The notes beneath the pieces are model-generated. The model did no database searches and was not told the DNA's origin. It saw only the letters and a program-made list of their open reading frames with translations. Below, in pieces: positions 1 through 13,000 of a stretch of 64,000 nt of DNA; within the stretch, counting starts at the first letter, position 1; every line of letters starts with the position of its first letter. This DNA is from Botryllus schlosseri (lineage: Eukaryota): NCBI GenBank assembly GCA_051294905.1, contig CM119384.1, positions 4,898,001 through 4,962,000 of the forward strand, written 5' to 3'. The position numbers and the translations under genes were made by a program.

Positions 1-787
1 CCGGTTTTAAATCAGCTTCTAGCGGCGTGATTTGTAAACACTCGCCGCTTCAAAGTGCCCGGGTGATTTATATGTTGTAGCGGAAAAACAAAAAAAACAA
101 CACGCGAGCGACGGAATCGATTCGAGTGTATAGGAAATTGCGATGGGCCGTGTGCGTCACGCGGAGCCATTTCGCCACTAAATTGATCGACAATGTTTAT
201 ATAGCGATTCGCATATATATATATGTTACGAATCTCATGCCTACAAAATTAACACGTCTTGTACTAGTATTATTATGTAGTGAATAACCATTCAGCACCA
301 CGGATAATATCTATCGAAATTACGAATAGGATCCTGGGTTGATGGGGTGCAAATGACGCTGATTCCAGAAGTAACGCTTTCTCCCGTTATCGCCACAAGA
401 CTTGGGCAGCTACATAATTCCTATGTTTAACTAGACTAATTAGAGCGAAATGCCGCTTATCCAATTTTAGTATAATTTGTGAAATGTTTCAATACTCTAG
501 TTTTAGAAATCAGAAACTACAAGTAGAACTACTACAAAATAACAGTGGTCAGCTCATCTTCAACTATAACTAGATTAGTAGTTAGTACAAATCTGAAATC
601 AGAGTATCGTGGGTTTGATGTTAACGGAACAGTCTGATTTGATACGAACTGAACTTGATTTTTGTTGTAATTCTGTTTATTTCAAGTGTTTGCGAATTCA
701 GAAATCCTAATTGAAATCTAATTCGGAAAACCTGAAATTTCCTAGAGAAATGAATCGCGGCTTCATGGTACCCAAAACAGCACGAAC

Positions 788-1052
788 CTGCAGATATCGG
801 CATCGTGTTCGAGTGTCGCCTTCGGGAAGACTGCTGTTGCATCATGGCGGCGTTTTCCCGCGCGTTCATGCTGTTGGACTGGAAGTGCGAAGCCATGCTA
901 GGCGGCGAGTGAGACATCGACCCGGGCAGCATAGAGGCGGGAAATCCGTTCGGGCTGGACGGGAGACTCATGCTGGAACCGGCCGCCGCGTTTAACATGC
1001 TGCCCGCCACGGAGTTGAACATGGGGCCCATTAGATGCGCTCCGGACTGCGT
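788..1052 (-). CDS. FOXP: FoxP exon preceding the forkhead domain (...[14 protein letters not shown])
   Basis: ttttttcag acceptor, G|GTTCGT phase-1 donor; RRRHS motif. Confidence 0.93.
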
Positions 1053-4000
1053 CTGAAAAAAATACAGTCTGATAACCACGCTATTCTATATATACATGGA
1101 TTTGGTAATACTACTGTTGATATACAATATTATTTCCAAATGTTCGGGTTTATTTCAATATGAATACATTATTCAATTGTATATTGAAGTTCTGTACGCC
1201 CAAAAAGTCTCTTTAAACATAGTTGCTTGTTTATGACTAGTACCTTGATACAACCAAATACTCCACTTATGCCTAAGACCAGAGGCAGTCAAATCATAAC
1301 CGCTGGAGCAAGCAGTACAATAGACAAAACATACTGAGCACATCAAAAAAGCACTACTAAGTTACTGACCACCTCCGTTAAGAACTCGGAAATGAGGTGA
1401 GGATCTATACAATCTCACAATACTAGGAAAACTTAACGACAATGATTTGCATGCAAAGCTAGCACACGCATGCTAACTCTAACAAGAACGCTCCAGGCCG
1501 CCTTGAAGTCTAATCAACGAAACCGAGTCGTCACCCGATATCTGTCCCGCAACATCGCTATGAATCATTTCGCGCCAGACAGGCAGCGGCATCGCAAACG
1601 CAAAAAGCAAGTAGTTCTGCACATTGACCCTGTGACTTCACTATTTCGAAAACAGGGCCTGTCGCTAACCGCGGTAATGATTGATGAGGTGAGGTCATGT
1701 ATGCGATAGCGAGATTTCTGCGCGACAAAATCTGTAGCCGCTGAGCAATTACTTTTTGGAAAACAAACCGGAGCTGTTGCGTATCATAATCCGCGCTACG
1801 AAAACACGGCCCGCGCGCTAAAAATAGTTTTTCTCACGCGGCCAGACCGTTGGAAAGCGAACTCCAGATCGCCTACTACGGAGGAAGTAAATAAGTTCAG
1901 AATTCAGCTATAAACGACATGCCATTATTCAAGTCCCCTGTGCTATTATGTTATCACGGTAGCGCCCCCTCCCATTTCCCGGGTCGTTTATATCCCGCTC
2001 TCTGGTCAGTAATGACCACGTATTAGCTTTGAAAACGTCGAGTAAACATTGTACATGGATCGGCTTCGGACTTGATATCAATGGGATTCTCATTTTTACT
2101 CATTTTCGGATTACTATTTTAAAGATTAGACCCGAAATAAGATTCCAACTCGTAAATAATAAATAGGTTCATCTTTTGAAATGCACTCCCGAAACGTATT
2201 GGGGGCCCTGGACTACCATCTACCAGCTTTCTAACTGCAAAATGAGCCCCATCGAATTAGTAGGCCGTGTTACGATAGTGTAGAGTTTTTTCGAGTACTG
2301 AACTTATCCGCTCCTTGCCACTGAGATGTTAATTTATCAAGGAGAATTATAGTTTTAATACTATTTTCCACCGTGGAAGCTGTAAACAAAGATTGGTCGA
2401 TTGTAGCATACGAAACATTGTGTGTGTGTCTTGGGCAGATGAAAATATAATCCGACGATTATTGATTATTGATTGATTATATGGTCGAAAAATACCAAAT
2501 AATCTTAAATGTGATGTAGAACTGGGATCATAATTTGTGATAGCATAAAAGGTACATATCTCAACCTGGCACGACATTCACAGTGTAGTGATATTCTAAT
2601 ATACTTTATTCAGAATGGAATCACACATGTACCCTTCTTAGAGCGATGCACATTATTGCGTAATAGCTGACAGAAAGGGAATTAAAGCATTTGTTTCTCG
2701 ATGTACATTGTACAATGTACACAGCGGCGAGAACGTCATGGTTTCATTTTCGGGAGCAATATCGCCGGTGTTACTGCTCCCATTGTGGCAGACTCACAGC
2801 ACAGCACGTATGCGTTCGCCTCTTGAAATTTTCCAGGCGTCGCACTCGGTATGTCGAGTGTTGTTGTCAATTTCGTACGACAACAGACTTTGCGATAAAG
2901 AGTACGCGTCGCCAACATACAGTCAACAAAATCCCCAAGCACTCCAGCCTTTCGAGGATATCTGCTGTAAGCCTTCGCGAACCGTTGTTTTTGTTTGCTA
3001 CTCGCGAAGACCGCGTTCGACACGAATGATTTGTCGGCGTGTGTTGACGGAAAGCGTTGACATTGCGCCATTGAATCGGGATATGGTTAGTTAACGGACT
3101 GAAAACACACTCGTACTCTATCACAACGCAAAATATTCCGCACATTCAAATACGAATAATAAGATTACAAGCGTTACTTGCTTCAAGCGATATTCACTCA
3201 ATGAAGACACTATCCATAGGCGGTCAGTAACGATGTACTTTGCCAGAGTTTAAGTAAGTAATTGTCACAAACCCTCATACTCAAACTCAGTCATAACGCA
3301 AAAAATCATTCCGTGGATTCAAATATCAGAGATTGCGAACGTTACGCGCTTTAAGCTATATTCACGAAATGGCGAAACTGCCGCACAGGTGGTCAGTACG
3401 AAATTACTTTTTGGACTACTCAAGTAGTTTCTGCCTAATTGCATTAATTTATTATTTCATTTATTTATTATAATTTTAGACTACTTCCACTTCTACTTCA
3501 CCGTTTTCAGTCGTTTAGGGAAAACAAGGATTACAAATTTACTTCTTTACTTTCAAATGACCATAAATTTACGTCAGCTCTACGTACTTCAGTATCAAGG
3601 ATGGCAACTAGGGTTGTTCACAAATCTAAAAAAAAATCCGGATTCCGGGGATTCACTGATCAAATTGGTAGGTTGCCTAAACAAAACGCTGCACACCAAA
3701 TTTGGCTCGAGTCCAACCAGTAGAAGCCTCCGCAGAGCTAATTGAAAATTTTGTCCCAAGCAAGATTCGCCCAAGCAAGTTTCACATCTGGATAAACCAT
3801 ACCAATGAAAAAGGCCAAACGTAATCAAGCACTGCGGCGCTAAGTCTCCCATTATTAATCACTCAATAAGCATCTGCGGCTCTCGTGCGGCCTGTTTGTT
3901 GGCGCAGCTTTTCATTACGCGGCTCGAGACGGAAGGTCACGTCTGAGAGGGCCGAGAACAATCGCGGACACGCAGTCCTCGCAGCTACAAAGTTGTTAAG

Positions 4001-7000
4001 CGCAAACAAACACACACAACAAAAGAAACTTGAATCAACAACTGGCGAAATTGACGCCCTCGACAAATCTTTACCACCGGAACGGCACAGCTGCCGCGTT
4101 GAATCCAGTATTATTACAAGGATTCAATATCGTTGCACATGTACACTGGGGCTGTTCGAAATATGGAAAATTTCAAAAATCCGGCGTTGTATAGTCTCAT
4201 TCTGTAGATTATTAGTAGCGATGTCCGAGTAAGTCAAAAAGTGAGCATTCTAGGCAGAGTTTTGCATTAAAAAAACTAACAGATGTCAAGTATACACATA
4301 ATGAGCAATTAGCAAGTTGTCAAAACATACTCGAGTGCTCCGAAAAAGTAGACTGACTTTTCGAGTAGTTCCAGTTCTAGCTGTGAATGCTGAAAAGTCA
4401 GTAGTTCTAATTCTAGTTACGGATTTCGAAAAGTCAGTAGTTCTAGTTCGAAATGTGAGTTTGAAAATTGAGTAGTTCTAGTTCTAGTTGTGCGTTTGAA
4501 AAATGAGTAGTTCTACTTCTAGTTATGGATTTTGAAAAGTGAGTAGTTCTAGTTCTATTTGTGAGTTTGAAAAATGAGTAGTTCTACTTCTAGTTGTGGA
4601 TTTTGAAAAGTGAGCAGTTCTACTTCTAGTTGTGGATTTTGAAAAGTGAGTAGTTTTAGTTCTAGTTGTGGATTTTGAAAAGCGAATAGTTCTAGTTGTG
4701 AGTTTGAAAAATGAGTAGTTCTAGTTCTAGTTGTGGATTTTGAAAAGCAAATAGTTCTAGTTCTAGTTGTGGATTTTGAAAAATGAGTAGTTCCAGTTCT
4801 AGTTCAAGATGCGAGTTTTGAAAAGTGAGTAGTTCTAGTTCTAGTTATAGTAGTGGATTTTAAAAAGTGAGTAGTTATAGTTCCAGTTCTAGTTGTGGAT
4901 TTCGAAAAATAAGAAGTTCTAGTTCTAGTAGTGGATTTTGAAAAATGGGTAGTACTAGTTTCTCATTATGAAAATCCAGCAGTTTGTACAAGCTTTAATG
5001 CGAGGCATGCCACATTTATTCACGCCTAAGCACTTCCCACGCGGGCCTTCCATTTTGGCATTTCCAACGCTGAAAACTCACGACATTACTAATTTCAAGC
5101 ACCTGTCTCGTAACTCATACCATCATAAATTAATGCGGTGACTGTTTGCGACGCGCTAAATAATTCCCAGCAGCGCTATTGCGTTTGACGAATTACATAG
5201 CGTCGGTGGTCCCTGTGTACAAGCAATTGGAGAAGAATCACTTCGCAGAAAAAAACGTATACTGCTGATCTTGCACGCGAGACGCAATTTGATTACATGC
5301 AAGTCTGCGACGGCCAGGATTATGTATGATGTCAAGACGCTAACACTACAAAAAGAAACGGCTTATATCGCGTGTGGCGCAGACTAATTACAGCAATGTT
5401 TTCTTCGCCAAATATGTATTATTCGCGGTCGGATGTCTCACGCTTGCGAACACCTGTTGGGCCTATGTCTAATCAAATGATCGGTGTACTTATAACTAAG
5501 GCTACCGAGAGGTTTCCGGGCTTCACGCGGTGCAAGCCGTCAGGTGTGTTACGGCTATACCCGGTTAATTCTCGTGTAGGACAAAGATCTGGTGGCATTA
5601 ACTTGTGACTCGTAAATCGGGTTAGCATCTACAGACCAAAACGATAAACTATATCCTTATGCTTTACGAGTGAAACTACAGCAGCTGGCCAAGATAGATG
5701 GGCTAATAATGGCTGGTATGCGGAGACAGTGTATACATAACGCACGACAGACAACTTTATGCAATTTCAAAGAAATATTGCGAGTTCTTAACAAACATCA
5801 TCCATCTTTAACCTTCTTGCTGTCAAAGCTGAATCCAATCCCAATAAACCATCGTATGTAAATGCATTTAACGTGTATTGCAAACACTGATCTTGACACT
5901 TCATCAGGAACATTATGTAATATAGTACGATGGTCTGTTGGTCGCTTCCGTAGCATTGTTGCATTTGTATGAGCGATAGACATCGAGAAACCTTGAATAT
6001 TCCACACAATGCGTTAGGTGGGTGAATACACGCGAATGCATTATGCTGACATCTAGGTCGCAATACTATATTAAAACTCCAACGTTACAAATTACAGGGT
6101 ATAAGCCACGGTCGTAATTAGTTGAGTCGCGATTTTTTTGGGATTCGACTTGAATCGAGTCATTTTATTAAAATACCGAAATGACTCGAATTGAGTCAAT
6201 TTGTGTATTGACTCAACTTGTACTAGATTCGTTGGGCATGACTCGTCCAAGTCAAATGACTCGATATTCGGACGGCCAAGGCAGGCATTTCATTGTAACT
6301 TCGAAGAATAATAAAATCACCACAACACTATGACTCGGACTCGACCCTCTACTCACTGACTTGGACTCGGACTTGACTCGGTGGTGAATTGAAAATGACT
6401 CGACTTGACTCGAGTCAAAACTATAAAAGTGAGGTTGACTTGTGACTCGGAACCTTGCGACTTGGTGACAACCCTGGTAAAAGCATTCATTTGGTTTCGT
6501 GTGTGTGATGTGACACTAGCCAATCTTTAAATCACGCTGCTAACTTGGTCATCACTTTTATACGAGTGTTCGCAATAGTAATCGTTATTGTGGACAAGTC
6601 CTATCATCATAATCCAACAGTCTTACGACTCATTATTGATCTCTGTGTAAGCCCATTTTTTAAAATAATGTAATCAGATCAACAACATGAATACTTACGA
6701 TAATTCCTTCCCAACACCCAAAGCGCGCGTTAACTATACCACAAATACACATTTCCCGAACTCGATCCAGATTGGATCGGATGTCAACCGCTTAGTGGTA
6801 GCGTAATTCAACAGATACAAAGAAAAATAAACACCGCCAAGTCCGAAACGTTACACAGTAATTAGTAAAACATAACGATCGCTTTTCCCGAAGTACTACT
6901 CGAAGACGCAGCCGCAAAGACTTGAAAATCACTCAAGAAATTGAACAAACAAACACATATCGGTAGAGCTGCAACTATCAGAGGCAGAGGCGGCCTTTAT

Positions 7001-10000
7001 CCGCCGCAAATCATTCTATTACAAATCTTTAAACTAATATCGCGTACTGTAAAATGATTGGATGGTCATCATATTTACGTAAGACACATAAATCCGACTG
7101 TGTGGTCTCGCCATACGTTATTATCACCAAATTATGAAGTCTTTCAGATTAGGTCCGATAATGCCAACACACTTCAAATCGTGGCTATCGTGGTCGGGAT
7201 GAAAATTACGGGTATCCCGATAACGATAAGTATCCATCACTTAGACCTGGACAACTAGAAAGATTTCAGTTTTTCTAAATTAGATTAGAATTATCATTAC
7301 AGTGATACATTTTTTGCCAAATTCGTCTAGAATTATAGCTACACGTTTTCCTTTTCAAATATTATTAGAATTAGAATTACTGAATTCCTGAAGATTTGGA
7401 AATCAGAGAGAAAAAACATCAAATCAGCGTCATTAGCATGATAATGGCAAATGTACGTACAGCAAGCTTGGCTCATTTTGCACCATGTAGTTCTCCTGTA
7501 GCATTGTCAGAAAACCCAAAATTGGATTAGAATTAAAATTAGGTCAAACATGGCCTACTAGTGGTAGGCCATGGGTCAAATAAACATTCCACAAATTAGA
7601 TTAGAATTAGATTACCGACATTTCGCTCCAATTAGTGAAATTAGGCAACTAGAATGATCTAGTAACTATTTGTTTATATTTTTGGTATTTCTGATACATT
7701 TAGGCCTAGCAGAAGCCAAATTATAGGACAATTCCAGCCGAGGCTCAATCAATAGCATAGTCAACGGTCATCCCATACCCCGTAAACATAATAATGCATA
7801 TGCGGACAGTGGTTACAGGCCAATTTGCATGGTACATCACTACACAAACACCGATATGGAAATAAATCAGATGATTTGTGTGCGGGATGGAATATGTCAC
7901 ACGCGTTATTCACATCTGTATAACTATTAACCAAGCCACTCTATCAGGCACCATCCCACAGAAATAATTGAGAAACTGAGGCGGAAAAGTTGAAATTCAA
8001 CAAGGTTTCTAGGTTTATCGCATCAAAAAACGTTTACGAACGTGGATATTCGTGTTACAAGTAGTATAATTGGAATAAAGATAGACTTAGGTATACATCA
8101 CGCGCATAACATAGATATCTTGTAATCTCATACGCCTTATAAAACGCAAGCGCGCGCATGATGATACAGCCTGTGTAGGCGCACACACCGACACAACATG
8201 CAAATAAATATTGCATGCCTTGTTTTTCTCAGTCGCGCGGCGACACGCCATTGTTTACCCGACGCGGAAAAACAACTTTGTGGGACGATATGCAAACTTG
8301 AGCAAGTCTCGACAACAAAAAAATGAAACGTCACCTCCGCATCGCGCGACTTCCTTTCCTAGATTTTGCATCGTGCTAGAAAGGCATAATTTGGCGCGAG
8401 GCTTTTCGGATAATACATTGTGTACAAGTCCGTATCGTACATTTCTGAGTTGCCTGTATACATCTGTGTTGCCAATGGCAGTACCAACTTAATTACTCAT
8501 AAAAGTATAAGTACTTTGTTACAGACCACATCTGTAACTAACTGTCTTGCCAATGACGCCTGTCATCAGAATGTGGGGCCAGTGTATCTAAAAAGCCTGC
8601 AGCAAAAGTCGCAATCTGCCAATCTGGTAAAACCAAAACAAAGGTATGGGGCTTGCTATGATTTTGATTACAGCAGTCCAAACACTATGCAGAAAAAACA
8701 CACCAGACATATTAGTGCACCAGCGTGAACTAGACGTGCACAAACTATTAATATAGTTAGTTGACGGTCAGCTACTATTTTTGGTGTAGTTTTACTTCTA
8801 GTTGCGGATTTTGAAAAGTGAATAGTTCCAGTTCTAGTTCTAGTTGCGGATTTTGAAGTGTGTAGTTCTAGTTCTATAGTTGCGGATTTTGAAAAGTGCA
8901 TAGTTCTAGTTTTAGTTCTAGTTGAGGATTTTGAAAAGTGAATAGTTTCAGTTCTAGTTGCGGATTTTGAAAATTGAATGGTTCCAGTTCGAGCTGTGAG
9001 TTTTAAAAAAATGAGTACAATTCCAGTTCTAGTTGCTAGTTTTGAAAAGTGAGTAGTTCTAGTTCTAGTTGCGGATTTTGAAATCCAGTAGGTTGTGAAC
9101 TCAACTGGCGAAATACCAATTCCCTCCAGTACCCATGACGTTTGAAATTAACCAAACAATCTATACTTCTACGGTAGGTTGTGATCTTTTCGCCTCTATT
9201 GATATTTTTGTTCAAGTGCCGCATCCCCGCGTTAATTAGCTGTATTTGAACCCGCATTCTTAAGAGTCGCGGCGATTTAATTCGACTTTACAAACCGTCA
9301 TTGTCGCTCGGGTAATTGCCCGAATCACAAAACCGTTAAGATCATAACTTGAAAACAATAACATTTCTGCCAAGCGCGGCACTTGATCGCAACGAAAGTC
9401 TTTTGAAGGCGGCCCGCGTAATAAAGGTAGACAAGCATTCATTGTCGCGACCGTTGCTAGGTTTAGAAAAATAATCATGCGCGCTAATTGCTTTCATCTT
9501 TCGTGAAAACACAACAAGCGGAAAACTAGCCTCCTTTGGGCGGCCTGTATTTTTTGGATGCCTCTCGAAAATGTAACTTCGAATAGCAGTTCTCAGCTAT
9601 TTGCTGAAGATTACCCTGACGAGTGTCAGCTAAAAATATTCGGGTTCATTTCAATAGTATTCAATTGCACATTGACGTTCTGTATCTGCGAGAAGCTCTT
9701 TATATAGCAAGAACAGTTTCTAAATTCAAATTCAAGTTTGCAAAGCATGTACCGTTTGCACTGATGCCTGTCGATAGTGATCAACAATACTGAGTACAAG
9801 ACGTTATGGAATGCAAATTCACTATAGCAGGCTCAATGCGATAAAACATCGACAGCGACAAGGAACTTATGAGAGCAAACAATTTCAGCGTGGCGCCACC
9901 CTGTGGTTACACAGCAGACTTGGTCTCAACGAGATGCAGGAAATCTAATTCTAATCTGGTTTCTGATTTTCCCGAAAATACTACTGGGGAACTGTATACC

Positions 10001-13000
10001 ATAGTGCGAAACGAGCCAAGCCTTGTCTGCAGGCTTTTCCCATTGTCGTGCTTATGAATATGAATTCCGATTTGATATGAACTTGAGTTTTGTTGTATGT
10101 CTTTCTAATTAGGAAGTTCATTCCATTGTGAAATGTGAGTTCAGTACTTCTAATTCCAATCTAATCTGGAAAAACTGTGTACTTGTGTAGCTATAAATAT
10201 AATTTTAATCCAGTTTGGAAAAGCTGAAATTTCCAACTCTGGAACGCAGCTTCCAAAGCGTGGCGACCCCACGGTATAATATCCGCCCTAACAGAAGAAG
10301 CTCACGAAATTATCATTTCCGACACAGTCGTAACCTACAAGCGTTACGAGCAGCGAGTCCTATTCGAACGAGAGAAGAAAACAACAAATATCTCCCGAGA
10401 CAAGATGTGCGCGCGATTTGAACAAGTCAACAAATCTCATTCAAGGCCTAAAGTACTTCCTCTTGTAATGATCGTGTAGTGGGTCCTTTCTTTCGCGGGA
10501 AATCGACGAAAAAAGATTTTACGCACTAATTCAAAATATTATCAAAGCCACGTTAATGCTCGCGGGCGCGAATCGAATTAGCCAAGACGCATCACCGACA
10601 TAGGCGTTTTATCGTTGAAGGATGAACCCACAGTAATCGCGTTAGCAACAGTACCTAACACGCAGCGCAAGAATGTTTGGAAACAGCTGATACGACCGTA
10701 AGACGCATATCCTCCAACACGCATTTTTTTGCTCGTTTACTCCGATCGGCGTGCTTTAAAGCGGTTTCAAATTGGCTATTAATAGCGTGTTGGGCGTAAA
10801 CAATGCGGTCGACGTCTATCCGGGTGAAACGGGTCCAAGCGAAAAAAACGACATTACAGCGGTCAGTCCGGTTATCAAAACGCCAAAAAAACGCGGTAAC
10901 ACGAGACCGGCTTTCGGTGTCTCATGCTGGGCGCGAACCGGTGAACTTTACAGTCAAGATTATGCATCAACACAAACACATCGACAAAAGACAGGCAGCT
11001 TCATTTGCTAAACACTCTTCCTGACTGACAAATGCCGAGACAAAGTCACGTTTGTTGATTTTAACACACGGTTCAACTCATCTCATTACGTCACGCTCCA
11101 AATCGCGCGCGCCCAGCCAGCTTTTTCAGCCCGAGATATTACCAGCAAAAAGGCGCACCCCACTAAAAGGGCGGGCTCAACAAGCGGATATAACAGAGCG
11201 TCATAATTCATAGCCCTGTATGATATCCAATTACGTGCGATATATGTTATGTTAACATTCAAAGTCATAAGTGGCGAGATACGGTAAACAAATTACGGTT
11301 GATACTGCTAGCTCTGCTAGCTGAGCATCGGTAGCATCCGGTTACTGTATTTATTATTGTTATTATATTTACATTGCTGACGTTACAGATACTGGCTGGG
11401 TCAGTTACGACACATATGATGAATCTTCTGTAAGCAACCAGCGTATTACCGTGGTGATAATACTTGTGCGAACAAAAAGCATATATCGGCTTTTATAACA
11501 AAAGGACCGGGCGGAAGTACACTCACAACTCATATTATATCCCAGAAAGCTATATTGTGACGTCATCTTTTATTTCACTAATTTGGAAACAACTGTGCAG
11601 CTCTAATTCTAATCTTCATCTAATCTGGGAAAAAATAAACTGTTTGAACAGCTTCTTGGAGGTACAGAACTTCAGTATACAATTGAATAGTGTCAGCCGA
11701 AAATATTCGGGTTTATTTCAATATGAATATCCTATTCGAAAAAACCTGTGTATTATAATTCTAATTTTCATCTAATCTGGCAAAAACTGTGTAGCGATAA
11801 TTCTAATTCTAGAATAATTTGGAAAAAAAGAGTGTAGCTTCAATTCTAATTCTAATTCAAATCTAATTTGTAAAATGTTCCTAGGCTCTAATTTTAATTC
11901 GAATCTAATTTCTGGCCATCCTGCAAATGCTACAGGAGAAATTCGTAGTACGAAACGAGCCAAGTTTGCTGAACAGACATTTGACATTCACGTGCTCGCG
12001 GGAATGAACTCTCTGATTTATACGAACTGATCCTGATTCAATTCCAAGTTTCCGCGGATTCAGCAATTCTAATTTGCGAGCAAGTGAAAAGTAATTACTC
12101 CAGGCGTATCTTTTCACAAAATACCGAATACTGTAACCGCTTGAGTACGCAACATAGTCAAGCGAAACCTACTTGATTACTTCGCAAACGTAAAAATACT
12201 TCCTTACACACAGCCTCATAAACAGGACTTAGCCCATTGAACACGATCTTAAAACGGGTTCTATACCAATACCGAGAAAACCATCACCGAGAATGGACAC
12301 CACCGAGAATGGACATTACCGAGAATGGCCAATGTCAAGAATATAGCTTACTGGGACTTTACGTTGTCGAGAAATTTATACCTGAGCATCGATACCGAAT
12401 GTGGCGACGCCGTGATGCGCACACACGACCTGTGCATATGCATAACATGCCTGCATTGCATATATTGCATTCTCGGTAATGCCCATTCTCGGTGGTGTCC
12501 ATTCTCGGTAATGTCCATTTTCGGTAATGTCCATTCTCGGTGGTGTCCATTCTCGGTAATGGCATTCTCGGTAATGGTTTTCTCGGTATTGACCGGACAC
12601 CCTTAAAACTACCGCTAACGAGCGCTCTAGCTACTATCAAAAATTTCACTCACCAAAGGATGCGACATGAGCGACAGTTCCGATTTCGGGAATGCCGGCG
12701 CGGACCGTTCCGATCGGGAGTTGTCGTCCGCGTCGTGGTTCCTGCCGGACTCCCGGTCCTGATGACTGTGAATCTCTTTCGCCTGGTCTTCCATACTGTG
12801 CAAGTGTGTCATCATGGAGCTTAATCGCTCCCGCTCTTGATTCAACTGTGAAGAGCAATTCAAGATATTGAACTTGGTATCGTGATAACATGGACGATCT
12901 GGTTGGCGATAGACAGCTACAAAATATTCAGTTTTTTCCAAGTTGGACTACAATTAGAATTATAGCTACACAGTGTTTCCAAATTATATAAGAATTACTG

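Noticed and set aside
4375-4965. CRISPR-like array
   Set aside because: Eukaryotic context, variable unit length, no unique spacers, no cas genes; it is a minisatellite. The same applies to 12270-12590.
5880-5915. Second hammerhead family (CCTGATGAAG on minus strand)
   Set aside because: No downstream GAAA core or stem I partner.
10303-10356. Possible 54-nt in-frame FoxP cassette exon
   Set aside because: Open and phase 0/0, but weak GTGAGC donor and no FoxP similarity; needs RNA evidence.
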